Notes: generated from the sequence alone by a model not told the origin. 64,000 nt of DNA from Felis catus (GCF_018350175.1 NC_058373.1:111168001-111232000), one strand, 5' to 3'; counted from the first letter of the stretch, positions 49,707 to 62,670 are shown. Made by a program: numbers and translations.

Positions 49707-50092
49707 AGGGTGCTTGGGTGGCTCAGTTGGTTAAGTGTCTGACTCTTGATCTCAGCTCAATCTTGATCTCAGGGTTGTGAGTTCAAGCCCTGTGTTGGGC
49801 TGTGTTGGACTCTGTACTGGGCATGGAGCCTACGTTAAAAAAAAAAAAAAGATTTAAAAACAATACGATAGGGGCGCCTGGGTGGCTCAGTCGTTAAGCA
49901 TCTCACTTTGGCACAGGTCATGATCTCACGGTTCGTGAATTCGAGCCCCACATCTGGTGAGTTCAAGCCCCCCTTTGGGTGAGCTCGAGCCCTGCTTCCA
50001 GTGAGCCCCACTTCTCTCTCTCTGCCTCTTGCTCACTTGTGCCCTCTCTTAAATACATACATACATACATAGATACATACATACATACATAC
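49707..50092 (+). mobile_element. Two tandem CanSINEs, second with (TACA)n tail
   Basis: Heads at 49707 and 49871; TSD tttaaaaacaa(c/t)acga. Confidence 0.9.
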
Positions 50093-50179
50093 AGTAGATA
50101 AGACATCTGCCTGGAGCCCTTGTCTCCAGCTGTGCACTCATGGATCGTCCTTAGTAGTGTGGAGTAGAAATGAAATTAT

Positions 50180-50420
50180 TAATAGCTAACTTTCACTGAG
50201 TATGAATCGTGTACCCAGCAATGTACGGAGTACTTTGGATTATTTTATGTAATCGCCACCCCAGTCCCGTGAAGTTGGCATGTATACTCTGATTTGATAG
50301 ATGAGGAAATTTAGGATCAGAGAGGATTAGTTCTTTGCCTAAATCATACAACTAGTGAGTGGGGGTGCTGACATTTAAGCAGGCAGACTGACTCCAGAAG
50401 CCACACTCTCAGCTTTGGCT
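50180..50420 (-). mobile_element. MIR
   Basis: atagatgaggaaatttaggatcagagagg...tcatacaactagtgagtgg. Confidence 0.8.
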
Positions 50421-51177
50421 CTTTGCCGTGCGGCCTCCCACCACTCCAGGATTCCAGAAGCTAAGTGGTCAGCCCATGGGGAAATTCCTAGCCAAGTGTC
50501 CTGAGTATTTGTTTTCAGCCTCAAACTTCAAGGAGCTGTAAATTTTAATGGAGTCAAGCCAGTTCCTTACCTGGGATTGTAACGTTTGGGTGAATAAAAG
50601 TTTGAGAGGAGTTTGTTGGGTAACATGTTTTCACCTACTTTAGGGGCAAAAAGACTTCCCAAGGAATGGGACAAAAGGATGCACTGGTTTTCAATGGGGT
50701 CTTCGAGGATGCTTCTGGGGCTACTCAGGTAGCAAGGAAGAGATGTGGATTATGAGGGCTGAGCAGACCAGGGATGGAGCACCACTTTGGGCACTCTAAG
50801 TAGTCACGGGCAGCAGAGTCAGAGAAGCCAATGGAGGCTGTGAGAGGGACCAAAGACTAGCTCCATTCAGCAGAAGAAAGGGGATTGGCACTACTGGGCA
50901 CACACAGTGTGCTGGGCATTCACGTTTGCTCTTCCATTCTATCCACCCCACAAGCCCATTTATGTCATTATCTCCACTTGACCATAGAAGGAGGGGAGGC
51001 TCAGAGAGATGAACCCATCTGAGTGATTGAGCAAAAAAGGCCAAGATTTGAATTCTTGTCTTCCTGGCTCCAAAGGGTTTCTGTTCTTGTCAGTCAGTGC
51101 CCGGCAGGAGATACTCTAATGGAGTAATTGAGGAGAGTTTAGCAAAAGGGCCCCTGACAAAGGTGTGGGCAAGTGAT

Positions 51178-51825
51178 TGTGTTCAGAACATGCGACCCCA
51201 AAATACAGCACCTTGGCAGATTGAATATTTTAGGCTGAAGGAGTTTGAGGAAACAGGAGAAGGAGGAAGGTTGCTTTGACCGCCCCTGGGCCCTTGCCCT
51301 TCTTCTCTAAAACAGGTCACAAAACCCCCATGTGAAAGGTACCCTCCCTGTACCAGGAGGAAGGAAGACATTCTTATCATTATAGGCCAGGGGATTGGGG
51401 CTGAGAAATCTGTGGAAACAAACCTTGTTAAATTAACCCTTATCTTCCTCGTGATTTCTTCACCATTTACTCCCCCTAGCCTAAGGATTTGTCTTGTCAA
51501 ATCCTTACAAATTTACTGCTTCTTTGTCTGAAAGGTATAAAGCTTCGTGTTCTGTTCACTTCTTCAGGTCTCTATCTCCTGCGAAGGCTTCCAAGTGCAT
51601 GAAAAAATTTAATAAAAGTTGCATAATTTTGGAGGGGCCTGGGTGGCTCAGTGAGTCAAGCATACAACTCTTAATCTCAGCTCATGTCTTGATCTCAGGG
51701 TCATGAGTTCAAGCCCCGCATTGGGCTCTGCACTGGGTGCGAAGCATACTTGAAAAAGTTTTTGTATGATTTTTCCTGTCATTCTGTCTTTTGTCAGTTT
51801 AATTTTCAGACCCATCCTGGGACCC
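51178..51825 (+). mobile_element. ERV1-class solo LTR (MER34A-like) with a SINE at 51634-51750
   Basis: ttcagaacatgcgaccccaaaatacagcaccttggcagattgaatattttaggctgaagg. Confidence 0.7.
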
Positions 51826-51829
51826 TATC

Positions 51830-52432
51830 ATTTATCCATAAAAGGCATGGAATCCTGACACGTGCTACGACATGGATTCCAAGTGAAAACATCATGCTAA
51901 GTGAAAGAAGCCAGATGCAAAAGGACAAATACTATAGGATTCTACTTACCTGAAATACGTAGAACAGACACATTTATAGACACAGTAAGTAGAGAAGAGG
52001 TTTCCAGGGCTGAGAGGACGGTGAATGGGGAACTGTTGTTTAATTTATTGTTTAACAGGTATAGAATTTCAGTTGCGGACGATGAAAAAGTTCTGGAAAT
52101 GGATAGGGGTGAGGGTTGCACAATAGTGTGAATGTACTTAATGTCACTGAATTGTGCACTTAAAAATGATTAAAATGGTGGGGTGCCTGGGTGGCTCAGC
52201 CGGTTAATTGTCTGACTTCGCCTCAGGTCATGATCTCATGGCTTGTGGGTTTGAGCCCCGCGTCAGGCTCCAGCTCGGAGCCTGGAAGCTGCTTTGGATT
52301 CTGTGTCCCTTTCTCTCTCTACCCCTCCCCCACTCATACTCTGTCTGTCTGTCTCTCTCTCAAAAACAAACGTTAAAAAAAAATGTTTTTAATAATTAAA
52401 ATGGTTAACATTTTATGCTATGTATATTTTAT
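51830..52432 (+). mobile_element. L1MB-like 3' end split by CanSINE (52180-52390)
   Basis: catgctaagtgaaagaagccag...gatgaaaaagttctggaaatggata; SINE TSD attaaaatggt. Confidence 0.9.
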
Positions 52433-52669
52433 GTCCCCTTCCCCCCAACACACAAGCCTTCCCACTGCTCAAATCAGAACTCGCTCTAAGAGGATGCAGA
52501 TTGCCAGAACTCTTAGGTTTTCATTGTGGGGTTTAATGGCTCTTTGAACTACCTCATCATCCACTTTTTTTTTTTTTTTAACCAACAGAAAAACAAAATT
52601 CCCTAGCCTGACTCTAAATTTTTCACTGGGGCCCTCTAAGCCTGATGGCTTTTCTGGTAACACAAGTTT

Positions 52670-52880
52670 TTAAAAAAATGCTTATTTATTTTTGAGAGAG
52701 AGAGAAAGAAAAAGAGAAAGAACTAGCGGGGGAGGGGCAGAGAGGGAGGGGGACAGAGAATCTGAAACAGGCTCTGTGATGACAGCAGAGAGCCCCGTGC
52801 AGGGCTCGAACTCACAAAACTTCAAGTCACAACCTGAGCTGAAGTCAAGCACTCAACCAACTGAGCCACCTACGCACCCT
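52670..52880 (-). mobile_element. CanSINE
   Basis: Reverse body ending ctgagccacctacgcaccc. Confidence 0.9.
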
Positions 52881-53821
52881 TCTGACAGTGCAGTTTTGTG
52901 GACTGATGGCTCTGGGGAAGGGATGAATCCTATTTTATTTTCCTTTTTGGTACTGAGACCCTCACCCCACCCCACCTCAGAGCGGCTGCCAGCAGCCATC
53001 TGTCCCTGTTGCTGGGGTTGAAGGGAGAGCGGCTCTGAGTGCCTGCCTGGGGACAATTCAGGGCCTCAAGAGGTTCCCAAAGAAACTGCTCTAAGGTTAT
53101 TCATTTGATGGGAAGACACTGGTGAGACGAGGATTGAGTTTTGGTGGGGTTGAGCCCGAGGCCCACGTGGAGATATGGCCTGGGAATGGATTTTGACAGA
53201 TCCCACCCAGTGGGTGGCTGAAGGGGTGAAGGAAGCTCTGTAACAAACCCAAAGCTCGTTGATGTACCCCCAGCTGCAAGGGTGGGGTTGGGGGCAGGCT
53301 GGGGAGCCCCCAGACCCTTATGGACTGAGTAGGCTTCCTGGACCACTGGTTTAATGTTGTGTTGTCACCATTTTGAAAGTCTTCATACATATATATTTTT
53401 TTAACAAGGGGCATCACACTCTTCTTTTGCATGGGGACCTGCACACTGTGTAGCCGGTCCCATCTGTAGGGTATTAGAGGGAGAAATTCCACCTGAAGGC
53501 AATGGGCCAAAGGATCAGGTGGGAAGGGACTGGGACCTCCAAGTTGTAGGTCCAGCGACAGCAAGCGTGGTGTAGCAGGTGCACAGGAGACAGGATCCAA
53601 CTTCTCTACCAGTCCCTTTTATGAGAAAGCTCTCCAGGCAAACCCCAGACTCTGGGGCAGGAGGGGTGGGGGGTGGTGAGACCAGTATCTGCCTGTGCAG
53701 GTCTACCTTGTTTTCTCTTTTGCTTTGTCCTTGGGTGTCATTCAGTCCTAGCCTGGCCCTGTGTCTATTATTCACGGTTAGCATTTTCATACCTAATATT
53801 TCTACGTGTTCTTTACACTTC

Positions 53822-54038
53822 TTTTTTTTTTTTTTAATTTTTCAGTGTTTATTTTATTTTTGAGAGAGAGAGACAGAGTATGAGCAAGGGAGGGGCAGAG
53901 AGAGAGTGAGACACAGAATCTGAAGCAGGCTCCAAGCTGCCAGCACAGAGCCTGACGCGGGGCTCAAACCCACGAACTGCGAGATCATGACCTGAGCCAA
54001 AGTCGGACGCTCAACCGACTGAACCACCCAGGGGCCCC
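53822..54038 (-). mobile_element. CanSINE
   Basis: TSD ttctttacacttctt. Confidence 0.95.
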
Positions 54039-54830
54039 ATTCTTTACACTTCTTGCTTCATCCCGCGTATCTTTTGTCTCTTTATTTCTACTTGAGGCTT
54101 GTTTTAGATTCTTGGTCTGTTTGTCCCTGTTCAAATCCTTCTGCTTCAAATCACACGGGTGGCTTGTGTGGTTTGCTGTTGTTCTTCTGAAGGAGTAACA
54201 GCGCTCCAGGTAGGAAGCACACATTCCCCAGAAGCGCTGGTGGCTCTGTCCTGTACTGTGTGCCGGAGAGTGCACAAGGCAAGGCCCTGGTGTGAGCCAC
54301 CTCCCCAGGGGCTTCTCAAGCCTTGTTGCTATAGTTATTGTTGTTGGTGTTGGTTCCCGGAATCCCAGTTTCCCTCTGTAGTTTTTCCAGCAGAAATTTG
54401 GGAAAGGGAGCCAGTGGCCCTGCTGGTCTGCCAACGTGGCAGATACTGGAAGTCTCTGGCTCACGGCTATTTCTTGCGTAACCCATCCACACAGTATTCT
54501 CCCTCCCTTGTAGATGGGTGAAACCTATTCTATCGTAAGTTGCTAGGTACGAGCATTTCTCCGTTTTAATCGGTCCGCTTCAATTCATTTACAAAGGGCC
54601 GATCTATTGCTACTGCCATTTAAACAAGATCCTGAGAGTGGAGGCTTATATGCAAGGTATGTGTGAGGAGAATGCTATCGTTCCTGAATTCTGATTGGGG
54701 GAATTTTCTTGCAGTATCATTGGCCAAAAGTCAGGCAATTATGCAGGAACATGTTCTCACTTTTTGGAGAAGGTATTTAGGGATGAAATATTATGATGCT
54801 ATGATTTATTTTAAAATATGTAAACATTTT

Positions 54831-55257
54831 GGGGTACCTGGGTGGCTCGGTCGGTTAAGTGTCTGACTCTTGATTTTGGCTCGGGTTATGATCTCACCAT
54901 TCATGAGTTCGAGCCCTGTGTGGGGCTCTGAGCTGTCAGGGCTCTGGGCTGACAGCTCAGAGCCGGTTTAGGATTCTTTATCTCCTCTCTCTGCCCTTCC
55001 CCTTCTCTCTCAAAATAAATAAATAAACTTAAAAAAAAATAAAATACTTCAGCATTTTTAAAAACGTTTATTTATTTTGAAAGAGAGAAAGAGAGAGATG
55101 TGGGAGGAGCAGAGAGAGAGAGAGAGAGAGAGAATTCCAAGTAGGCTCCACACTGTCATCACAGAGCCCGATGCAGGGCTCGAACCTACAAACTGTGAGG
55201 CGACCTGAGCCGAAACCAAGAGTTGGATGCTTAACGAACTGAGCCATCTAGGTGCCC
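54831..55257. mobile_element. Tail-to-tail CanSINE pair
   Basis: Forward 54831-55040 and reverse 55058-55257 (TSD aatacttcagcatt). Confidence 0.9.
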
Positions 55258-55441
55258 AATACTTCAGCATTAAAAAAAAAAAAAAAAGGAATTTATAAAA
55301 TGAGAATTGTTAGTCCCTAAATTTACATTCATAAGACCATAGGTTGCAGGAATCATTCTTGTCGGGAAGTATTGTTTCTCTTTTATACTGCACATAATCT
55401 GCCTCACATTGTACATAATCATGTTATTTGTTCTATGTAAA

Positions 55442-55814
55442 TGCTATGGTTTGGACATTTGTGCTCTCCCCCCACCCCTAAATTCATATGTTGAAATCCT
55501 AATGCCCAGTGTGATGGTATTAGGAGGTGGGGCTGTTAGGAGGTACTTAGGTCATGAGAAGGGAGCCTTTATGAATGGGATTTGTGCCCTTATAAAAGAG
55601 GCTCCAGAGAGAGCCCTGGCCCCTTCCGCCAAGAGAAGATGCTGTGAGGAGGGACTGACCATGAACCAGGAAGCAGTCCCTTGCTAGAATGTCACCATGC
55701 TGGCACCCTGATCTTAGACTTCCAGCTTCCAGAACCATAAGAAATAACATTTTGCTGTTCATAAGCCGCCCAGTCTGTGGCATTTTGTTACAGCAGCCTG
55801 AATGGATTAAGACA
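55442..55814 (+). mobile_element. MLT1A/A0-like solo LTR
   Basis: tgctatggtttgga...aattcatatgttgaaatcctaa...tgttacagcagcctgaatggattaagaca. Confidence 0.9.
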
Positions 55815-55944
55815 ATAAATATCTGGCAATATCTAATTTCATGAATTCTGCAGAATTAATGCCCATTTGACAGACGAGAAACCTCCATTTGGGACTGGAA
55901 TGGGACTGGAAAACCTGATTGCAAATGGCTTATTCCTGAGACTG

Positions 55945-56229
55945 TCGACTGGAGGCCTTAGTTGCTCCCCACATGGACTCTCCACAGGACTGCTTGACAA
56001 TGTTCACAGCACAGGGGCTGGCTTCTCCCAGAGTAAGTGATCTGGGAGAAAACAAGGAGGAAGTTGCAATGTCTTCTGTGACCTAGTCTTGGAAGTCCTT
56101 TCTGCCACATTCTATTCATCAGAAGGAAGATAGTAAGTGAAGACCACCCTCAAGGGGAGAGGATTTAACTTCTAACTCTTGAAAGGAGGAGAATCCAAGA
56201 ACTTGTGGGCGTATAGTAAAGCCACCACA
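55945..56229 (-). mobile_element. MLT1F/H-like LTR fragment
   Basis: ccacatggactctccacaggactgcttga...tgacctagtcttggaagtc. Confidence 0.7.
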
Positions 56230-56319
56230 GGGGTCACCAGTCCAAAAAAAATTTTTTTTAACTAAAATGGGATCATATGGTATGGAGGACTTCATATTCT
56301 ACATTTTTGTGTTTATAAA

Positions 56320-56500
56320 CTCAGATCTCCTGGATTCAAATCCTGCCCCTCTACTTAGTAACTATATAATCTTAGGCAAATTACTTAACCTCTCTACCTC
56401 AGTTTCCTTATCTACAAAATAAGAGTAAAATTAAAGCATACCTTATAAGGCATTGGTGACAAGCATGAATTAATACATTTAAAGAACTTATAATCATGTC
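56320..56500 (+). mobile_element. MIR
   Basis: ggattcaaatcctgccc...ggcaaattacttaacctctctacctcagtttccttatct. Confidence 0.85.
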
Positions 56501-56564
56501 CATCACAGGATAGGCAGTATATTTTGGCTCATCATGTCAGCAAGGGTATTTTTAAAAAATCTTG

Positions 56565-56775
56565 GGGTGCCTGGGTGGCTCAGTTGGTTAACTGTCCAAC
56601 TTTGGCTCAGGTATGATCTCACAGTTTGTGGGTTCGAGCCCCACATTGGGCTCTGTGCTGACAGCTCAGAGCCTGGAGCCTGCTTTGGATTCTGTGTCTC
56701 TCTTTCTCTCTGTCCCTCCCTGGCTTGTGCTGTCTCTCTCTCTCTCAAAAATAGACGTTAACATTCTAAAAAAAA
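56565..56775 (+). mobile_element. CanSINE
   Basis: Head, CT tract and tail. Confidence 0.95.
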
Positions 56776-56860
56776 TATCTCAATCACTGCATAATGTGTT
56801 ATTATTTGGTTATATTGTACCTTAACTCCACTATTAGATCTCTTCTAGTTTTTTTATTAC

Positions 56861-57805
56861 TGTGACATGATAAAAAATATATTTGGTCTCTGCTTCCAGT
56901 TCCTGACATAGAACTCCAAAATCTCATGAAATTTCCTGATAGGAGTCTCTTTTGTTCTAACGAGGCAATTTTCTGTGGGCTCCTGGATAGCTTCAAGAAG
57001 AGGAACTGGTCACCGGAAAGACCAAGTCATGATTATAAGTCTGAAGCTTTCAGCTCCACCTCTCATCCTCCAGGGAGGGGAGGGGCTGGAGATTGAGTTA
57101 ACGATAGTCAATAATCATGCCTACGTGATGAAGCCTCTGTCCCTAAACTTCGGGGTTCAGAGAGCTTCTGGATTGGTGAGCACATCCACATACGAGGAAG
57201 CTGACACACCCAACTGCATAAGGACAGAAGCTTCTGTGCCTGGCACCCTTCTGGACCTCACCCTGTTCCTCTTCATCTGGCTATTCATTTGTATCCTTTA
57301 TAATATTATTTATAATAATATAAGAAAAATGTAAGTAGATGTTTCTTTGAGTTTTGTAAGCCTTGATAACATTATCAAGCCTGAGGAAGGGGCTATGGGA
57401 ACCTGGATGTATAGGCAGTTGGTTAGAAGTGTAAGTGATGGGGGGCGCCTGGGTGGCTCAGTCGGTTAAGCGTCCAACTTCAGCTCAGGTCATGATCTCG
57501 CCGTCCGTGAGTTCGAGCCCCGCGTTGGGCTCTGTGCTGACAGCTCAGAGCCTGGAGCCTGTTTCAGATTCTGTGTCTCCCTCTCTCTGACCCTCCGCCA
57601 TTCATGCTCTGTTTGTCTCAAAAATAAATAAACTTAAAAAAAAATTTTTTTTTAATTAAAAAAAAAAGAAGTGTAAGTGATGGGATGCCTGGGTGGCTTA
57701 GTCAGTTAAGCGTCCGACTCTGGATTTCGCCTCAGGTCATGATGTCATGGTTTGTGAGTTTGAGCCCCACACCAGGCTCTGCACTGACAGTGTGGAGCCT
57801 GCTTG

Positions 57806-57868
<63 letters not shown>

Positions 57869-58175
57869 TTCTCTTTCTGCCCCTCCCCTGCTCACATGCA
57901 TGCTCACTTACGTGCGTGCTCTCTCTCTCAAAATAAATAAACTTAAAAAAAAAAAAAAAGAAGTGTAAGTCACAGCCTGGGACTTGCAATTGGTGTTCGA
58001 AGTGGAAGCAGTCTTATGGCTCTGAACCCTTAGCTTGTGTGGTCCGTGCCAACTCCCATAGTTTGTGTCAGAATTAGAACAGTTGGCGCATGGAGAGTTG
58101 GAGAATCGGTTGATGTGGAAACCCCTCCCCCCATATTTGGTGCCAGAAGTGTTGTGAGTAGAGAAATAGTTTTTC
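56861..58175 (+). mobile_element. MER21B-like LTR split by two CanSINEs (57441-57665, 57682-57957)
   Basis: ctggatagcttcaag...ggtcaccggaaagaccaag...; agaagtgtaagt present three times. Confidence 0.85.
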
Positions 58176-58197
58176 TTTTAATTGCTAATATTAGTAA

Positions 58198-58313
58198 TAC
58201 TGTACTAAATATTTAGCTACATTACTGTACTAGATATTTAGCTACATTACTGTACTAGATATTTAGCTACATTACTGTACTAAATATTTAGCTACATTAC
58301 TGTAGCTAAATAT
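58198..58313. repeat. 25-bp minisatellite x4 ending in a fold-back
   Basis: Unit tactgtactaRatatttagctacat; terminal tgtagctaaatat is an inverted copy. Confidence 0.95.
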
Positions 58314-58372
58314 GTGAGTGGAGGATGGAACCCTTTGGAATGTGTACACAATTTTGCATATATAAAAGGCTG

Positions 58373-58550
58373 GGGGTGCCTGGGTGGCTCAGTCCGTTGA
58401 GGGTCCTACTCTTGATTTTGGTTCAGGTCATGATCTCACAGTCATGAGATCCAGCCCCATATTGGGCTCTGTGCTGAGTGTGGAATCTCCTTAAAATTCT
58501 CTCTCTCCCCCTCTGCCCCTCCCGGGCTTGTGCATGCCCATGCTCTCTAT
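58373..58550 (+). mobile_element. CanSINE ending at a poly-G run
   Basis: Head ggggtgcctgggtggctcagtc; no A tail, G tract at 58553-58587. Confidence 0.9.
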
Positions 58551-59541
58551 CTGGGGGGGGGGGGGGGGGGGGGGAGGGGGAGGGGGAGTCTGTTTGTGGA
58601 GAAAGGAGTCCATAGCCTTCATCAAATTCTTAAAGAGATTCCTAATTCAAAAGATGTTAAGAGCTGCTTGTCTAAGATCTAGTCCTCAGCCACCCAGGAT
58701 GAGGTCCTGGATGAAGGGATTGGAGATGTGGTCATCAAGGTCAGAAGCACACGTTCGCACCAACCAAGCTCCCGGGGAAGGTTCGGAGGCGCCTCAATCA
58801 CATGAGCGGTACATTCCTATGTTGTATTTCATGGCAGCTTATTTCTAAGATGATTTCTGTAATTGACTAGTCTGACCACCTTATTATTCTTATAACATCA
58901 AGTAACTTTGTGGTCTCAAGATCTGTGATTCTTCAGTCCATTGTGTCTAGGCTGATCCCATTTGGGGGTTATGGTACAATGACTCCAGTGTGTATATGCT
59001 ATGTACTAAGCATTCTATAGCATTTGTGGGATAAATGAATGAATAAATGGAAGCGTTGTCAAAAGTGGAAATACATACAAGGAAATGCAAAGAGGAAGTG
59101 GCCCTTGTTTGTCAGGCTTTGGAACGATTGAGCTTTTGTGATGATGAGCTTTTGTGATGACAAGAAACCCTAGAGAGGAATAGGGATCCCAGCATCCTGG
59201 TGGAAAAAGGAGATGGCAGTAGATGCTGCAGGGAAATGTTCTGAAGCCTGGGCTCTCAAAGAGCCAGGTTGGGTGTGAGGATAACGGACTGATGTCTCCG
59301 ACAAGGTGGTGGGGGTGCAGGCAGCAGGAAGCACCTGGTCTCATGCGTGGGACCAGCTCCTACAATGACTGCACTCACTGCCACCCATGAGCCCATCACG
59401 GGACACATCCACCCTGCAGCTGGCAGCTTAGCGTCCCACCCAGGGCAGCAGCCTGGTGGTGCTTTGGATGCCCACCTCCCACTGGTGGCGGCCTTTCATC
59501 TGAGCCTGAGCAGTGGCTCAGAAACTGCCCATCGTCCAGGC

Positions 59542-59682
59542 CAGTGGCCCTTCAAGTTTGGTGTGCACCTGAATCATGTGGGCACCTCATCTACAATGTG
59601 GATTCCTAGGCCTCGCCTCTGAGAGTGTCCCTTAGCAGGTGCGAGGTGGGGTCCAGGAGTCTACCGATGGCTCACAGACCAC
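59542..59682 (+). mobile_element. MER5A-like hAT MITE
   Basis: cagtggcccttcaagtttggtgtgcacctgaatca...gaggtggggtccaggagtct. Confidence 0.65.
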
Positions 59683-59683
59683 C

Positions 59684-60695
59684 TGTGTTCATTCAGGTTC
59701 ACTGAGAAGCAGATGCCAAGATGGGATCGGCCGTAAAAGAGATTTTGGAGGGAAATGCCTATGAAGGATAAAAGGGTGGGAGCCCAGGAAGGGGGTGAGC
59801 TCAGACCCCAGTGCAGTTCTGGCCCCAGTGAAGGGGAAGAATAGGCAGTGAGGAGACTCAGGGCAATTGTACAGATTAGAGGGAACAGTGACTACCAGAC
59901 TGCCCTCACTTCAGGCACCAGCTGCAAGTTCAGAGTCTCCAAGACCATTCTCAGGGTTCCATGATTGGCTAGAAGGACTCATGGAACTCCCTGAAATCTG
60001 TTAGACTCATGACTAGTTTATAGGGAAAGGTTATAGATTAAAATCCGCCAAGGAAAGGAACACATAGGATGGAGTCCAGGGACCAGACCCAGAGCTTTCC
60101 TTGTACCCTCCCCCATGGAATCAGGACCTGTTACTTTCCAGGAATCTACCTGAGACTGTGCATGGAGTGTTGTAAACCCAGGAAGCTCACCTAAGCCCTG
60201 GTGTTCAGAGTGCTTATTGGGGCTCCGTCATGTAGGCATGGTTGATTGACTGTCCACGTAGGGGATCTCTGTCTGTGGGTGACCCAAAGCTGCACCCTAA
60301 ACCATATTGTTCTTCCTGGTGTGACCAGCCCCCACCCTGAGTCACACTGCTGTTATTGGGCTAGCCCAATGCCCCCCCAGGCAAATGAAGATTATCTCCC
60401 AGGAGTTAGGGGTAAACGTCAGATCTCTTTTGTGCTAGATTAATTTTTTTATTACACAAGTGGGAAGAGTCTTAGTAGTACGAGAAACGTTCGGGCAGAT
60501 ACATGGGGAGGCCCTGAGCCAAAGCTGCTTGGGAGGAGTCCTGGGTCTCTCAGGAATGCCCTGTGTTAGTCCATCCCCGGGTCCCCAGTGCTCAGCTTGG
60601 ACTGGGTGTAGGCCCAGGGAGTGTGGCTTCAGTGTGAATGTGGGGGTGGGGCCCATAGCAGGAATGCTGAGTGGCGGCTGTCATCTTCATGCCAC
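59684..60695. mobile_element. ERVL-class LTR interrupted by a reverse MER21C-like LTR (about 59868-60457)
   Basis: gagaagcagatgccaagatgggat...; inner agactgccctcacttcaggcaccagctgcaagttc; host resumes near 60460. Confidence 0.65.
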
Positions 60696-61744
60696 AGGGA
60701 CGGTAGTGGCAGTGGCTGGGTGAAGCTGCCCCCCTCCGCCCCCCCCCCACCCCGTCTTCCTGCAAGGCTTCTTTGCCTGACATGTTTGTGTCCCCCCCCC
60801 CGCCCCCCAACCTCGTGGCTCCTGCAAAGAGGAAAAGGATCTGCGCAGGGCTCTGGACACAGCAGTGGCAGGTGAGGTCCAGGCCCAGACTGCGTGCTCC
60901 CCTCCTGCCGCAGCCTTGTAGGGGCTCCCGCACACAGGACAGAGTAGGGACAAAACAGGAACAAAGGAGGTCAGGGTGTGGATGGCAGCTTAGCTCCTAT
61001 GAAGGGTCACTCCTGTGGCTTCTGCTCTAGCTGGGGCTCCCCTGGGGTCCCTGCAGCTTGGCCTCAGCCTCACACAGGGGAGTCCCAGGGGCTATGGCTC
61101 AGAGTCTCCAGCTCAGGGACAGTTCTGGGGCCCAGAGGCACCGGCTGCGGAGAGCGTGGGCTCAGGGGGCAGCTGGGGAGGCCCCCACCCCCAGCCTGGA
61201 GTCTCCACGGCCAGAATTTCTCTCATAGTCCTTTCAAGCCTTTTATTGATTGCTCCTCTTAAACTCCACGAGCCGTTGGGGCAAGAAAGCAGGTGGGGAA
61301 ACTGAGATTACAGAGAAAGTGTGGCATGTGGACCAACCATGTGGAACCAGGAAGGGGATGACTCAGAATGTCAGTGCTGCGGGTATGTTCTCTGCCGGGC
61401 ACAGCTGGGCCTGCTTCTTATTCCGCAGCCCAGTTCCTACCCCACCTTTGCTTTCACATTGCTTTAGTGCTTTCCTTGCTGGCGGTCAGATCCCAGCCCC
61501 AGGGGAAGGCTGCACTGTGCTTCTAATTGAAGAATGAGGAAGCAACTTTGCACACTTAAAAAAAAAAAATGTCTGGACCTGGGCCAACCCCTACCAACCC
61601 TGGGCCTCAGGGTAGGGACGGGCGGCCTTGGTAGTCAGACAAGTAAGAGAGCCCCACCCTGGAAACACTGTGATCCTGGGGACACGGCATCAGACAAGGA
61701 GGCTGGCATCCCCATCCTTAACTGATTATGCCTTTGACAATTAT

Positions 61745-61925
61745 TATTACCCTTCTCAGATTCTAAGGCACCATCAGTTGTCAGATGCACCAACAATTTA
61801 ATAGCTGCTTTTAGGGACAGAAAAAGAAACACACGGCCATATCCAATGCACACATCAACTCTAACATCTGTTCTGATTTCAGGGCTGTGAGCATTTGAAA
61901 AATACAGTGCACCTTAAAAATGATT
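61745..61925. mobile_element. MER104/Kanga-like Tc2 MITE
   Basis: gattctaaggcaccatc...tgatttcagggctgtg...tgcaccttaaaaatga. Confidence 0.45.
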
Positions 61926-61949
61926 TTTTTTTTTTAAAGCAGAACTTAT

Positions 61950-62165
61950 AGGGGCACCTGAATGGGCTCCGTCAGTTAAGCGTCCAACATCGGCTCAGGT
62001 CATGCTCTCATGGCTTCGTGGGTTCGAGCCCCGCACGAGGCTCTGCGCTGACAGTGTGGAGCCTGCTGGGATTCTCTCTTTCCCTCTCTCTGCCCCTTCC
62101 GCGCTCTCTCTCTCTGTCAGAATAAATAAACTTTGAGGGGGAAAAAAAAGAATTTATAAAAAAAA
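61950..62165 (+). mobile_element. CanSINE
   Basis: ggggcacctgaatgggctccgtcagttaagcg head and tail. Confidence 0.9.
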
Positions 62166-62444
62166 ATAAAGCAAGAGGAGACTTTTCCTAATTCTGGGGT
62201 TGAGATGCAAAACCAACACCCACATTTGGGGATAACAGTGTTGATAGGCTTTTTACCATGTGTCGTTGCTCTCTTTTTGAGGGGAAGAGGACTTGGGTTA
62301 ACCTGATAGATACCCAATCGAAAAGATGGTACATTAGTGATATTTATAGTCAGAGCAGCGCACGGTTTAAATTGGTTACTAGATATTTGCATCTTTTAAC
62401 TACACAGCTAAAATAAGAGAACTACAGGACATTTCAGTCTTAGA

Positions 62445-62670
62445 ACAACAACTAATGTTTGTGGGGCACTTTTTAGGTGCAGGCCCTGCTCAAGGTACTT
62501 CATGTTTATTGACTTGTATAAACCCACAAAAATCCCATGAGAAGGTGCTAGGACCACCTTGACTTTAGCGATGGGAACACGAGGCACGGAGATTAAGCTC
62601 CAGGTCCCACAGGTAGGATGTGGACTTGAACCCAGATGGATGGCTCCAGAACCCACCTCTTACCTGCACT
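62445..62670 (-). mobile_element. MIR
   Basis: gatgggaacacgaggcacggag...ggacttgaacccag. Confidence 0.7.

Noticed and set aside
3071..57936. Many ORFs of the MAQSVK..SSPASGSVLTAQSLEPASDSVS type
   Set aside because: Translations of CanSINE bodies, not genes.
58198..58313. CRISPR-like repeat array
   Set aside because: Tandem units without spacers, in mammalian DNA; a minisatellite.
59129..59160. 16-bp tandem duplication tgagcttttgtgatga
   Set aside because: Ordinary slippage duplication with no further structure.
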